Positions 36,543-47,661 of a stretch of 64,000 nucleotides of DNA are shown here, in pieces. The position numbers and the translations under genes are program-made. The notes under the pieces are model-generated. The model saw nothing but the letters and a program-made list of their open reading frames with translations. It was not told the DNA's origin and searched no databases. The DNA is from an uncultured Bacteroidales bacterium. Its GTDB lineage: Bacteria; Bacteroidota; Bacteroidia; Bacteroidales; VadinHA17. Every line of letters begins with the position of its first letter. Position 1 is the stretch's first letter. The DNA lies in the NCBI GenBank assembly GCA_963756885.1, contig CAVWPG010000007.1:3582-67581 (forward strand), written 5' to 3'.

Positions 36543-37409
36543 TCACAATTGAATCCTGTACATTTTTCGGGTTGTATCACCCATTATCATAACAGCCATT
36601 CTCCGGGAAAGGATCTTTTGCATAAAAAAAGATGCGATCCTGTTGCCTCTTCCCGTGATGAATGAGGGTTGTTTGCCAAGCTTCCTGAAACATTCTGGCG
36701 GCACCTCCTCCGGAGCCAGAACACGGGGAGTTAAAAATCCGGTCCTTTCGGGCCGTGATTTCTCATAACCGGGCGTTGCAGTGGCCCCGGCACAGCAGGC
36801 TATAACATCCACCCCCTTGTCCTTCCACTCGTACCACAGACTCTCTCCCAGGATCCTGATGAAGGCTTTCGTGGAAGCATAGAGCGACAGATTACCGCTG
36901 CCCTGGAACCCCGCAAGGGAGCTCATCAGGATAATTGCCCCCCTGCCGTTTCTTACCATTTTTTCCCCCAGTGATCGTACCAGTTTGAGGGGGGTTATAA
37001 TGTTCACACGCGTTGCGTCAAGTATGGTCTCCCGGGAATTTTCAAGAAATGGTCCGATGGGGGAGAGAGCTGCATTGTAAACCATAAGGCTGATTTCAAT
37101 CCCCTCAAGCTCTTTTTCAATTCCCTCAGCAGCCGCAGGATCCGACAGGTCATATGGCAGGCATATTACCTTTACCAGGTGCTTTTCTTCAAGCATGGCT
37201 GCCAGCTCGCCTAAAGGTCCGGACCGCCTTGCAATCAGCACCAGATCCATCCCCTCCGAAGCAAGATGGGATGCAAAGGCAGCACCTATCCCTTCCGAGG
37301 CACCTGCCACAAGGGCCGTACTTCCATATCTTTGTTTCAGAGTCATGGCGGCAGGGTTAAATCCTGATTTTGAAAGTATTGAAAGAACTTCCTGCAAGCG
37401 CGGCCTCAA
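36543..37409 (-). CDS. short-chain dehydrogenase/reductase (SDR)
   Basis: It has a TGxxxGxG-type motif (ALVAGASEGIGAAFA) and a YxxxK motif (YASTKAFI). It overlaps the upstream GH30 gene by 4 bp. Confidence 0.8.
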   Translation of the reverse strand: MRPRLQEVLSILSKSGFNPAAMTLKQRYGSTALVAGASEGIGAAFASHLASEGMDLVLIARRSGPLGELAAMLEEKHLVKVICLPYDLSDPAAAEGIEKELEGIEISLMVYNAALSPIGPFLENSRETILDATRVNIITPLKLVRSLGEKMVRNGRGAIILMSSLAGFQGSGNLSLYASTKAFIRILGESLWYEWKDKGVDVIACCAGATATPGYEKSRPERTGFLTPRVLAPEEVPPECFRKLGKQPSFITGRGNRIASFFMQKILSRRMAVMIMGDTTRKMYRIQL

Positions 37410-38764
37410 GCATCAGGTTCCCGGCTACAAATGTTTTCCGTACCGGTCCTCCCTTCGTTATAATATTCAATAATGACAAAATCATGGTCTCTGAAAGCCA
37501 GACAATCGGTATCGGAGCTTTCAACCTTATGGGAGCCGGCGGGTATGAAGCGGCTGAAGTGCTTCATCAGGAAGTATTCAGGGTTCATTGTTACTTTCCC
37601 GGTTTCTGAATTTACTGTTATCATTGAATTTTGCTTCCATCCCCACTGGCTCTTGCCCGATTCGTTCAGGACCATATTCCAGTACATATATGCATTTGCA
37701 CCGTTATTGAAATAATGTTTCATCAGCGAGAAGGTATGTTCTGCTGCTTTCCAGTCGTTTGAGCCATCACCGCATTCGGTCTCAGTCTGCATCAGCTTGT
37801 ACCCGGGATACTTTGCATGAACAAGGGGAATTGCATCTTTTCCCGCCCATTGGAATCCTACTCCCCTGATATACTTCCTGGCCAGAGGATCTGTGAAAAC
37901 TTCATCAACTCTTTCTATTTGTGGCCGTTCAATTGTCCCCAGCCAGATCTGAGACCGGATACCCTCTTTTTCAAGCTCTGGCCCCAGGTATTTTCCAATA
38001 AAATCTGCAAGAGCTGAGGGTTCCCAGATGCAGGATGGAAAATTCTGGCATGAATTGGGCTCGTTCTGAACATGGACGGCATAGATATCTATACCCTCAC
38101 TATGATAGGCAGATATGAATTTTGAAAAATAAAGCGCATAGGCAGAAAGATATTTCTCCTCCATCCGGAACTGGGTATGCATCTCTTCGCCTGCCCCCTT
38201 TTCATCCAGGTCATTTACGACATCCGGCCTGCATGCATAGTTGTTGTTTGTCTTCATCCATGAGGGAGGGCACCAGGGAGAAGCCCATATCATGAGTTTC
38301 GGGCAATATGCCTGCGCATGTCTGATATAAGGGATCAAACGCATCCTGTCTCGCTCTAAAGAGAAATTTTTCATATCAAAATCCCCCGGAGTCTCGTCAT
38401 AGCTGTACCAGTCGACGGCATAGTCGTTTGCCCCGATTGGCATCCTGCAGATATTGAACCCGCATCCTGAAATTGTGTCGAAGAGCGATTTGAAGATTTC
38501 TTCTGCCGATATGGAATCTGTCTGTTTCATGGCCTCCCATCCCAGTTCATTAAAGCAGCCTCCGAAGCCATCTATAGCTTGTTGCTGCCTGTCGGGGAAC
38601 ACCTCGATAGCTGAACCGGTTCTGCCATGCACCGGCCTGATGATTATCCTGTCTGCCTGCCATTGCGATTCGGGAGTGCTTCGTACCCATTCTGCGTATT
38701 TATTGTTGCTGCAACTCAGCAAAGCGAGTGTGATGATTATGGCTGAGGCATTTATTATCTTCAT
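37406..38764 (-). CDS. GH30 glycoside hydrolase (glucosylceramidase-like)
   Basis: It has a lipoprotein signal. The motifs IDGFGGCFNELGW, ASPWCPPSWMKTNN and VHVQNEP are typical of GH30. Confidence 0.75.
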   Translation of the reverse strand: MKIINASAIIITLALLSCSNNKYAEWVRSTPESQWQADRIIIRPVHGRTGSAIEVFPDRQQQAIDGFGGCFNELGWEAMKQTDSISAEEIFKSLFDTISGCGFNICRMPIGANDYAVDWYSYDETPGDFDMKNFSLERDRMRLIPYIRHAQAYCPKLMIWASPWCPPSWMKTNNNYACRPDVVNDLDEKGAGEEMHTQFRMEEKYLSAYALYFSKFISAYHSEGIDIYAVHVQNEPNSCQNFPSCIWEPSALADFIGKYLGPELEKEGIRSQIWLGTIERPQIERVDEVFTDPLARKYIRGVGFQWAGKDAIPLVHAKYPGYKLMQTETECGDGSNDWKAAEHTFSLMKHYFNNGANAYMYWNMVLNESGKSQWGWKQNSMITVNSETGKVTMNPEYFLMKHFSRFIPAGSHKVESSDTDCLAFRDHDFVIIEYYNEGRTGTENICSREPDA

Positions 38765-38962
38765 AGTATTCTGTAATAATTTTGAAAAATTGAACCGGTA
38801 AAACCCTGCCTTTTTGATGCCTGGTTAATCAAATGTAATATATTTTTTGTTTCTGTCCCGGGAATGAGGTCGGTTCATCCTCCAATCCGTTATGAAAATC
38901 ATTATCTCATTGTTTAAATGTACTTTTGTTAATATAAGCTCGTCGGAGAGCAATAAAAGATC

Positions 38963-41200
38963 ATGAAGAACTTGAAAGTCAATCGGATTTTGCTGGCGGC
39001 TGCCCTGGGGATCACTGTATTGCCTGTCCTTTTTATTTTCCTGGTATATTCCGGCCTGTTTGGTCATCTGCAGGGTAGGGAAGAGCTCATCAGCTTCAGG
39101 AATGCCGAGGCCACACTTGTAATGTCTTCGGATAACCAGCTCATTGGCAGGATCTTTAATGAAAACAGGACGAATATAGCTTACGATCAGATTCCCCGCT
39201 CGCTCATTGACGCTCTTGTTGCGACCGAGGATTTCAGGTTCTACAGGCATAAAGGAATAGATGCCAGGAGTCTACTCAGGGTCTTCTTCAAATCCATTCT
39301 GCTCGGCAGGAATGAATCGGGAGGAGGAAGCACCATCTCCCAGCAGCTTGCCAAGAATATGTTTGGCAGGTCAAATTCGGGCCCTCTTTCCCTGCTTGTA
39401 AACAAGACAAAGGAGGCAATACTTGCTCACCGTCTCGAGACGACTTTCACGAAGGAGGAAATTCTGACCCTCTACCTGAATACTGTCTCATTCGGCGGAA
39501 ACGTATATGGCATAGAAGCTGCTTCCCTTCTTTATTTCAATAAGGAAGTCGCCCTTCTCGACATCGGGGAATCGGCAGTTCTGATAGGGATGCTGAAGGC
39601 AAATACTCTTTACAATCCGCGGCTTCATCCCGAAAACGCTCTCGTGCGAAGGAACATCGTGCTTAAGCAGATGGAAAAGTACGGATATCTTCCTTCATCA
39701 CAGGCTGATTCACTCTGCAGGCTTCCCCTGCGACTGAATTATAATGACATTGTTTCAGAAGGTCCGGCAGATTATTTCCTCGTAAGGGTGAAGAGCGAAG
39801 CCCGGGCTATTCTTGAAAATATAAGTGCCGCCACAGGCAGAAAGTGGAATATCGAGGAGGACGGGCTCACAATAACAACCACCCTTAACCTTACCCTTCA
39901 GAAATATGCACTCTCAGCCTTCCGGGAGCATCTTTCGGTAATGCAGAAGAGGTTGTGGGACCAGTACCAGACTGCCTCAGGCCGGATGGAGGTAAAGCGT
40001 CTGACCGGTCAGCTTCTGAAAGAGCAGGGACTTGAAAAAAGGGCCGGAGAAATCAGTTTAAGGCAGGTTTTCGACTGGAATGGAACTCATACTCAATCTA
40101 TTTCTGTTGCTGATAGCATTAAGCAAGCCCTGCTGATCCTTCATGCCGGGCTTATAGCCATGGATCCTCTGAACGGTTCGGTAAGAGCCTGGGTTGGGGG
40201 TGTTGATTTCAGGAGTCAGCCCTATGACCAGGTCTATGCAAGGAGGCAGATGGCTTCCACCTTCAAGCCGGTGCTTTATGCCGAGGCATTTGAAACTGGC
40301 ATGGAGCCGTGCCAGTATCTTGACAATGATTCGATTGTTGTGTCAACGGAGGAAGGGGACTGGAGCCCTTCAAATTATGATCACACTACCGGCGGGAAAT
40401 ATTCTCTCGCAGGAGCTCTGGCCATGTCGATGAATATCCCGACATTTAATTTATTTATGGCCGTTGGATTTGATAATCTTGATTCCCTCTGGAGAAAGCT
40501 GGGCTTTTCCTTTCCGCTGGTCAATAACCCGTCTTTGGCGCTGGGGACTGCAGAAGCCAGTTTGCTGGAAGCGGCTGTAGCCTATTCTGCTTTTGCGAAT
40601 GGCGGTTTTAGCGTTGCCCCGCAGTCAGTAGTGTCAATAAGCACCTCTGATGGTGAAGTTATTTACAGGAATGAACTCAATGCCGGTCATGACAGAGTAT
40701 TAACTGAACGTACTGCTCTGCTTATAGGAGCGATTCTGCAGAAAGCGGTGAGGGAGGGAACAGGAGCCTCCATGGGTACTGTTTATGGTGTAAAGATACC
40801 GATGGCTGGTAAAACCGGAACTTCACAGGATTATTCAGATGCCTGGTTTGCCGCCTTTAACCCGAGGCTTGTACTCATAGCGAGGGCCGGGGCCTCATCG
40901 GGAGCTGTTCACTTTAACAATGGATCGAATGGCTCAGGCAGTGCACTGGCCCTTCCGCTGGTAGCGCTGACCCTGAAACAGCTTCAGGGGAACGATACTT
41001 TGATCAAACAGTTTGAATCACCTTTCCCCGGGCTGCCTGAAGAATTGAAGAATGCACTCGGCTGTCCCGATTTCAGGGAGAATAATTTTTTGGATAAGTT
41101 CAGGGGCTTCTTTGAGAAAAAGAAGATTAATGCCGGACCACCGGAGAAAAGGCCCGTGAAGAAGGGGAAGGGATTCTTTAAAAGGCTGTTTGGCCGATGA
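38963..41200 (+). CDS. class A penicillin-binding protein (PBP1A-type transglycosylase/transpeptidase)
   Basis: Glycosyltransferase motifs are ATEDFRFYRHKGID and GGSTISQQLAKN. Transpeptidase motifs are STFKP, SMN and KTGTS. Confidence 0.85.
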   Translation: MKNLKVNRILLAAALGITVLPVLFIFLVYSGLFGHLQGREELISFRNAEATLVMSSDNQLIGRIFNENRTNIAYDQIPRSLIDALVATEDFRFYRHKGIDARSLLRVFFKSILLGRNESGGGSTISQQLAKNMFGRSNSGPLSLLVNKTKEAILAHRLETTFTKEEILTLYLNTVSFGGNVYGIEAASLLYFNKEVALLDIGESAVLIGMLKANTLYNPRLHPENALVRRNIVLKQMEKYGYLPSSQADSLCRLPLRLNYNDIVSEGPADYFLVRVKSEARAILENISAATGRKWNIEEDGLTITTTLNLTLQKYALSAFREHLSVMQKRLWDQYQTASGRMEVKRLTGQLLKEQGLEKRAGEISLRQVFDWNGTHTQSISVADSIKQALLILHAGLIAMDPLNGSVRAWVGGVDFRSQPYDQVYARRQMASTFKPVLYAEAFETGMEPCQYLDNDSIVVSTEEGDWSPSNYDHTTGGKYSLAGALAMSMNIPTFNLFMAVGFDNLDSLWRKLGFSFPLVNNPSLALGTAEASLLEAAVAYSAFANGGFSVAPQSVVSISTSDGEVIYRNELNAGHDRVLTERTALLIGAILQKAVREGTGASMGTVYGVKIPMAGKTGTSQDYSDAWFAAFNPRLVLIARAGASSGAVHFNNGSNGSGSALALPLVALTLKQLQGNDTLIKQFESPFPGLPEELKNALGCPDFRENNFLDKFRGFFEKKKINAGPPEKRPVKKGKGFFKRLFGR

Positions 41201-41326
41201 CCCAGTCATTTTTACCGGCATCATATTTGTGCATACTGTAATGAATATTATCAGGACAGATCTCAGGTCCTTTCGGGATTATCGGGGCCTTAAGATAAAT
41301 GTGCCGTTTTTGAAATTATTTGGAAT

Positions 41327-41851
41327 ATGTATTTTTCAATGTATATTTTGTTAATTGGTGGTTATGCCTTCTTCGGCAGCAGCCAGAACAGTGCAAAAAC
41401 AATTGTGGGGAGTCACGTCCCCCCTTTCACCCTGCGTGATCAGGATGGCAAATTATTCCCGATAGATTCCGTAGTTGGCAAAAGGAATCTTGTGATCTAC
41501 TTCTACCCAAAAGATGATACCCCGGGATGTACCGAGGAAGCCTGTTATTTCCGCGATGAGCTGGATCTTTTCAGTCAGTCAGATGCGATGGTAATAGGAA
41601 TAAGCGGTCAGTCGGTGGCCAGTCATAAAAAGTTCGCTGAAAAATACAATCTCCGCTTCACGCTCCTGAGTGATGAGGGCGATAAGGTGAGGGACCTTTT
41701 CGGTGTGCCTGTCAGTTTCTTCGGTCTGTTGCCAGGGAGGGTCACCTATATTGTCGACAGGACAGGCACTGTCGTTTACATCTACAATTCACAGACCCGG
41801 GCCAAAAGCCATGTGGACGAAGCACTGAGGATACTGAAGGGGCTGAGTTAG
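41327..41851 (+). CDS. bcp: thiol peroxidase / peroxiredoxin, Bcp type
   Basis: FYPKDDTPGCTEEA is the PxxxTxxC-type peroxiredoxin motif, and the size fits Bcp. Confidence 0.8.
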   Translation: MYFSMYILLIGGYAFFGSSQNSAKTIVGSHVPPFTLRDQDGKLFPIDSVVGKRNLVIYFYPKDDTPGCTEEACYFRDELDLFSQSDAMVIGISGQSVASHKKFAEKYNLRFTLLSDEGDKVRDLFGVPVSFFGLLPGRVTYIVDRTGTVVYIYNSQTRAKSHVDEALRILKGLS

Positions 41852-42175
41852 AAAAGCTGACTTTTCATCCTTTGTAATGTCGAATTTACTTTCTACATTT
41901 GGTTTGCAATGCACCCTGGAGAAATGTGTTTTTATCAGATAGGGCTTTATTGGTTTCCTGATTTTTGCGGGTCATATTTAGCCAATTGACCTCGAAAGGG
42001 AATTACCGGTCCGGGGCAGAGGGGAATGAAGATTCTCCGGTTTGTGCATCGGGCTGTGAGTTGAAACTTAGTTACCTCAGTTTTGGAATGACATTTTAAA
42101 TTTAATGCACTATTAACCAAATCTTATTTCAATTAATTTCTCAGGCGTGAACTTTTTTGATAACCAGACTTATTT

Positions 42176-45064
42176 ATGAGCAATCTGAAAACCAACCTGA
42201 TTTATACCCTGCCTATACTCCTGTTTCTCTGTCCGCTGTCAGTCATAAAAGGACAAAAAAATCCGGTCAGGGCAGATTCTGAGACTCTAAGGCTAATTCA
42301 TGAGGCACCCGAAGAAAAGGGTAAGGAGACTGGGGCCCTGATCATTCTGAAAGATTATCGGATGACGATAGATGAAAAGGGGCAGTCCAGACTGATACTC
42401 AGAATCCTTGGCAAAGTTTTCACAAGGGAAGCTATGCTGGATTACAGCCAGATCCCTCTTGGATACAATTCATTTTATGAGCAACCTGAACTGAATTACG
42501 CCAGGGTCATACACAGCGACGGAACAATCAGGGAGGTTCCGAAAGATGCCGTTCAGATAAAGACGACTCCGGAATCAGAAGGATTGCAGTACACAGACAG
42601 CAGGTACCTTTCATTTGCCCTCTCAGGAATGGAAGTTGGCGCTGCTTTCGATTACCAGCTCACCTTTACCCAGAAAGTGCCCATAATAGAAGGAGAATGG
42701 TACGATAATCATATGTTTGGCTATCTTTTAAGGAATTTAAGTTCCCCTTTTGTCCCGCGCATCGATCCCACCCTGACCTCGAAATATACTTTATTTGTCC
42801 CGAAGGGTTCAAAATTCACCTATCACATGTATTCTTCACATAGTGAGCCAGTTAAGAAGAGTATAGGCGCTCAGGATGAATACATCTGGGTACTGACAGA
42901 TCTGCCTTCTGTAAAAATGGAAGAGGGAATGCCATCGCTGAGTAAAATCACTCCGATTCTGGTAGCAGGTTCTGTTAAAAGCTGGTCCGACATAGATAAA
43001 TGGGCTTCAGGCAAAATATCCGCCAGTGTTGAGATAACTGATGAGATCAGGAAAAGGGCTACTGAGCTGGTTACAGGGAAATACTCAGAGCTGGACAAGA
43101 TAAAGGCAATATCGGATTTCATCAGGAAGGATATTCAGTATATTTATGCAGACCTTGACAGGGGGGGATATACACCGCATCCTGCTGGTGAAATATTAAA
43201 ATCTAAATACGGAGACTGCAAGGATAAATCCATCCTTCTTATTGCAATGCTGAAGGCTGTTGGCATTGAAGCATTTCCGGCAATGATTAATCCTTTTCCA
43301 TATGATGAGCTTTGCGATATTCCCCTTCCCCTCTTTACACATATGATCACTTTCATTCCATGCGCCGGGAAGGAGATCTGGCTTGATATGACATCAGGCG
43401 TCACCCCATTTCCTGAACTATTTTTTCCCGACCAGGGCAGAATGGCGTTCATAGTTGACGGGAAAGGGGGAAAGCTTATCCGGACACCGGCAGATGATCA
43501 GAATAAAAACTATTCTGTTTTTAACCTTAATGCATCCTTTAGCGGAGGTAAGGTAATAATAAGTATGAAAACAGATGCCAGAGGAATGCAGAGTGATATG
43601 CTGAAGTCAGTGTTCAAGGAACTGCCACAGGAAATGAGGGAGCAATCCTTTAAAGCGATGATTCAGTCATATGCGAATAAGGCCATTTTTGACACAATCA
43701 GTTTTTCAGACCTCACTAATTCTGATGTTCCATTTGGTGTCGATATAAAGTATAATCTTGACAGCGTCTGGCAGAAGGGGCAACAGCAATTTACATTTGG
43801 AAGCCATTCATTGTTTGCCCTGTCACTTCTTGGAAACGTAATTCTTGGGTCATCCTCCGGAAAAAGATTTAATGACCTGGTAGAAGGCTATTCATTTACT
43901 ATTAGTGGCTCAGAAAAATATGAACCGCCCCTGAAAGACCTTTTACCTGTAAGCATCCCACATAACGATTCAATCAAAAATGAGTTTTTTGATTTCAGGC
44001 AGTCATTTGGGAAGGAAGGTGCTGCTGTCGTGGAAAAATGGTCGTATTCAAGTCATTACGAAACCATCCCACTTGCAAAATATGAATCATTTACAAAAGG
44101 TCTAAATTCAATTAAAGAGCTCGTCAGCTGGAATCTGACTTTTGTTGATCCCATGTTCTATATTCCGGCTTTGTTAAAGTCAGAGACTTCGACCAAAATT
44201 CTTGCCTCTTGCAATGAATTGCTTAAAGCTGACCCAAAGAATATCCTGGCTTTTCTTATCAGAGGCATGGTCTATACAGGTGCTGGCCAGATGGATCCTG
44301 CAATAAGGATCTTACAGGAAGCCATTGATATCGATCCGCATAATAAGTATGCCTATCTCTATATTGCTTATCCGCTTATGGCGAAGAAGAACCAGGTGCT
44401 AGCCGTGCAAAATATTGAAACTGCAATTCAGCTCGATAATGATTTTGAGCAGGCGTATGCAACAAGGAGTATTATTTATGAAGGTCAGAAATTATATGAT
44501 AAGGCTATTCGTGATCTGGATGAAATACTCAGAATTGAACCTGGCAATGTGTTTTATCTGCACAGGAAATCAATCCTCCTATCAAATAACGGGAAAAAAG
44601 ATGAATCGCTGAAAATTCTGGAAGATGCCCTGAAAGCCGATAGCTCAAACGTTGATATCTGCTCGGTTCTGGCTGAAGCATATCTGTCACAGAATCTTTA
44701 CAATAAAGCCATCTTGCTTTATTACCATGCTATAGACCTTGACGATACTAAGGCATCCAGTTACGGGAACCTGGGATGGGCATATTATCTTGCCGGCAAC
44801 GATCAGAAAAGCATTGAATACTCCCAAAAGGCAGTTGAACTTGACCCTGTAGCCTATTATGCTATTTATAACCTCGGACTGGCAAATCTTCGGTCGGGCA
44901 ATATAGTGCAGGCAAGGAAAATATACGGCCAGGTAAAAGGGGAGGAGAGCTCAGTATCTGATTCTGTCAGGAGAGGAGCCATAAAAGATCTTAATGATCT
45001 TAAGGCAACTGGCGTAAATGTCAGGGAGATAAGAGCAATACTGAAAGATTTTTTTGGTATGTAA
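42176..45064 (+). CDS. DUF3857 / transglutaminase-like cysteine protease domain protein with C-terminal TPR repeats
   Basis: It has a transglutaminase core (KYGDCKDKSILLIAMLKAVGIEA) and multiple TPR-like repeats in the last ~300 aa. Confidence 0.7.
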   Translation: MSNLKTNLIYTLPILLFLCPLSVIKGQKNPVRADSETLRLIHEAPEEKGKETGALIILKDYRMTIDEKGQSRLILRILGKVFTREAMLDYSQIPLGYNSFYEQPELNYARVIHSDGTIREVPKDAVQIKTTPESEGLQYTDSRYLSFALSGMEVGAAFDYQLTFTQKVPIIEGEWYDNHMFGYLLRNLSSPFVPRIDPTLTSKYTLFVPKGSKFTYHMYSSHSEPVKKSIGAQDEYIWVLTDLPSVKMEEGMPSLSKITPILVAGSVKSWSDIDKWASGKISASVEITDEIRKRATELVTGKYSELDKIKAISDFIRKDIQYIYADLDRGGYTPHPAGEILKSKYGDCKDKSILLIAMLKAVGIEAFPAMINPFPYDELCDIPLPLFTHMITFIPCAGKEIWLDMTSGVTPFPELFFPDQGRMAFIVDGKGGKLIRTPADDQNKNYSVFNLNASFSGGKVIISMKTDARGMQSDMLKSVFKELPQEMREQSFKAMIQSYANKAIFDTISFSDLTNSDVPFGVDIKYNLDSVWQKGQQQFTFGSHSLFALSLLGNVILGSSSGKRFNDLVEGYSFTISGSEKYEPPLKDLLPVSIPHNDSIKNEFFDFRQSFGKEGAAVVEKWSYSSHYETIPLAKYESFTKGLNSIKELVSWNLTFVDPMFYIPALLKSETSTKILASCNELLKADPKNILAFLIRGMVYTGAGQMDPAIRILQEAIDIDPHNKYAYLYIAYPLMAKKNQVLAVQNIETAIQLDNDFEQAYATRSIIYEGQKLYDKAIRDLDEILRIEPGNVFYLHRKSILLSNNGKKDESLKILEDALKADSSNVDICSVLAEAYLSQNLYNKAILLYYHAIDLDDTKASSYGNLGWAYYLAGNDQKSIEYSQKAVELDPVAYYAIYNLGLANLRSGNIVQARKIYGQVKGEESSVSDSVRRGAIKDLNDLKATGVNVREIRAILKDFFGM

Positions 45065-45140
45065 TTCATGTGCACACCCCTCATGAGGGCCCTTCATTTG
45101 TAATTCCGAGCTTTGTCAGCAAAGGGCCAGCCCGAAAGTG

Positions 45141-46667
45141 TCAGATCTTCAGTTCTTCCCATCCTTTCCTGTACTCTCTCCTGACGAACTGGTTAGCCTT
45201 TTCAAAATTTGTAATTCTCATGTTCTCCCCATCCCATTTGTATGTTATATAGCGCCCCGGGAAGGTGTATCCCTCCATTTCGCCATAAACAGGGTCCTTC
45301 CTTGAGATTTTTTCGCGGATATTGAAGCTTCTCAGGATCAGGTTTCCCATCAGGACAGTTTCAGTCAGCGGGCCCGCATAGCCCACGAACGGAGAGTCGA
45401 CTTCTGCGTTGCCGTATCCGGCTATGCAGGCATCAATCCATTGCCACCAGTGGCCGTCCATATCTCCATCCACCCTTGGGTATTTTTTCGGTATGCTTAT
45501 CTCCTTGTTCCTGGAGAGAGGCAGCAGTATCGGATTTCTTCCGCCCCAGCCGCAGGCAGCTTTCCCCTTCGATCCGATGAATAGTGTACCGCCCTCATAG
45601 TCGTTCAGACCCGGATAGTCGGCCATCAGTTCATTCATATTGGCATCAGGATCGAGCTCATCCGGCCTGTCGGGTGTAAGGCCGCCATCCATCCAGAAAA
45701 GATCGAGATTGCTCCCATTCTTCCTCCGGTACCTGAATCTTACTATACTCGACACGGGTCCGCTGTCGGGATATATTCCCTCCTCGAAGATCCCGCTGTA
45801 AACCGTACTGGCACTGCAAGTCACTTCATAGGGATAACCGGGCTCAAGCAATTTGAAGGGAGGTCCTATTATATGGCAGCCCATATCCCCCAGGGCTCCC
45901 GTTCCAAATCTCCACCATCCTCTCCAGTTGAAAGGGACAAGATTGTCTATATAATCGGTCTGTTCAGCCGTTCCCAGCCAGAGATCCCATTTCAGTCCGG
46001 ATGGTACAGGTGGCCGCGACGAAGGCCAGGGTATGCCCTGGGGCCAGACAGGCCTGTCGGTCCAGCAGTAAACCTTCCCGATTTCGCCAAGGACATCGGC
46101 TTCGATCCATTCCCTGAGTGTTCTCATCCCTTCGCACGATGCTCCCTGGTCGCCCATCTGGGTTACTACCCTGTACTTTTCAGCAGCCTCTGTGAGGATC
46201 CGGGCTTCATAAATATCGTGAGTAAGTGGCTTCTGGAGGTACAGGTGCTTCTTCAGCTGCATGGCGCTGAGCCCTACAATGGCGTGGTTATGATCAGGAA
46301 TGGCAACCGACACTGCATCAAAATTTTTATTCTCCCTGTCGAACATCTCCCGCCAGTCATAGTAGAATTTTGCCTTAGGAAAATCCTTTCTGCGCGGGGC
46401 GGCCATCCTGTCATCCACATCGCAGAGGAAAGCTATTTCGGCATTCTTCTTAGGGGCGATTGAATAATGGCGTATATCGTCGGCAGCCTCGCCTCCGCAA
46501 CCTACGGCGGCAATAAGCAGCTTGTCGCTCGGGGCAACATGGCCAAGACCGCTCACTGCATAGTTGGGTATAATTGTAAGTGCAGCCGATCCGGCGGCAG
46601 CCCTCCTCAGGAAGCTGCGCCTGGACAACCTGCCCGATCTGTTTGTTTTGCTTCCGGTTATCTTCAT
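45141..46667 (-). CDS. Gfo/Idh/MocA-family oxidoreductase with twin-arginine signal
   Basis: It has a Tat motif (SRRSFLRRAAAGSAAL) and a Rossmann segment (LLIAAVGCGGEA). It overlaps the DUF1080 gene by 4 bp. Confidence 0.8.
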   Translation of the reverse strand: MKITGSKTNRSGRLSRRSFLRRAAAGSAALTIIPNYAVSGLGHVAPSDKLLIAAVGCGGEAADDIRHYSIAPKKNAEIAFLCDVDDRMAAPRRKDFPKAKFYYDWREMFDRENKNFDAVSVAIPDHNHAIVGLSAMQLKKHLYLQKPLTHDIYEARILTEAAEKYRVVTQMGDQGASCEGMRTLREWIEADVLGEIGKVYCWTDRPVWPQGIPWPSSRPPVPSGLKWDLWLGTAEQTDYIDNLVPFNWRGWWRFGTGALGDMGCHIIGPPFKLLEPGYPYEVTCSASTVYSGIFEEGIYPDSGPVSSIVRFRYRRKNGSNLDLFWMDGGLTPDRPDELDPDANMNELMADYPGLNDYEGGTLFIGSKGKAACGWGGRNPILLPLSRNKEISIPKKYPRVDGDMDGHWWQWIDACIAGYGNAEVDSPFVGYAGPLTETVLMGNLILRSFNIREKISRKDPVYGEMEGYTFPGRYITYKWDGENMRITNFEKANQFVRREYRKGWEELKI

Positions 46668-47380
46668 TTTGCGAGCGGTTTAACTGCTATCTCCTTGAAA
46701 AATACAACATCCTTGTCGCTGTGGTTCTGAATACCGATGTAACCTGAATCGGGGCGCCTGCCTCTCTGAGGCTCAAAATCGAACTTACGCTCAGGCACGG
46801 GATCCCCCTCGGTATAATCGGTCACTTTAACGCCATTGACAAAAACTATCGTGCGTGGCCCGTCGAGGGTTATCTCCGTTGTATTCCATTCCGGACCCGG
46901 CTTGGCGGGCTTGGCCAGGGGCTTTGTAAGGGAATAGAGTGTACCTGTGTAATGGTAATCATCTTCTCCGGAGAGCTCCGGCTTATTGTCAATCTGTACC
47001 TCATACCCGTAGTTTACTGGCATCCATTCTTCGCGTGGTTCTATTGGGATCCTTATGAATATTCCTGAATTGCTGTTCTCATCCCGCATCCTCCATACTA
47101 CCTTAATTATGCAATTGCCGAATTTTTCCTTCTGCCAGTAAAGCAGTCCCATGCCACCGTGCGATTTTATCAGCCCATCCTCAACATATTGTTCACCGGG
47201 ACCGACGTGTTTCCAGCCTGTCAGATCCTTCCCGTTGAAGAGCTCCCTCCATCCGCCCTTATCCTGTGAAGTTGCCGTTGTTCCTGATACGAGAATAAGA
47301 AGTACCATGACGATCAGGGCGATATTTATCCTGCCTGATGCAGGCAGGATGCCATTCAGATTACTTGAATCCTTTTTCAT
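46664..47380 (-). CDS. DUF1080 (3-keto-disaccharide hydrolase-like) secreted protein
   Basis: The motifs LFNGKDLTGWKH, NSGIFIRIP, YEVQIDN and GYIGIQNH are typical of DUF1080. Confidence 0.75.
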   Translation of the reverse strand: MKKDSSNLNGILPASGRINIALIVMVLLILVSGTTATSQDKGGWRELFNGKDLTGWKHVGPGEQYVEDGLIKSHGGMGLLYWQKEKFGNCIIKVVWRMRDENSNSGIFIRIPIEPREEWMPVNYGYEVQIDNKPELSGEDDYHYTGTLYSLTKPLAKPAKPGPEWNTTEITLDGPRTIVFVNGVKVTDYTEGDPVPERKFDFEPQRGRRPDSGYIGIQNHSDKDVVFFKEIAVKPLAK

Positions 47381-47661
47381 GATATTGAAATTTAGTTCCG
47401 GTTAAAATTAATATGAGCTATATTTTTCAAAGTCTCCGGGGGCGATATTTCAAGTCTTCTTTAAATAGCTCTGTTTATGAGCATTAACAATTATCGGGGC
47501 ATAAATGTTTTTCAGATTAAATTTATGAAATATCAGCCAATTATAAACCGGAAGGAATACGGATTACGCATAATTGGCAAATGATTGCCGGTTGATGCAG
47601 TGTGCACAAAAATGGATCCGGAGCTGATTGCGTTCGGCTCACTTTATTTATCTTCGCAGTA

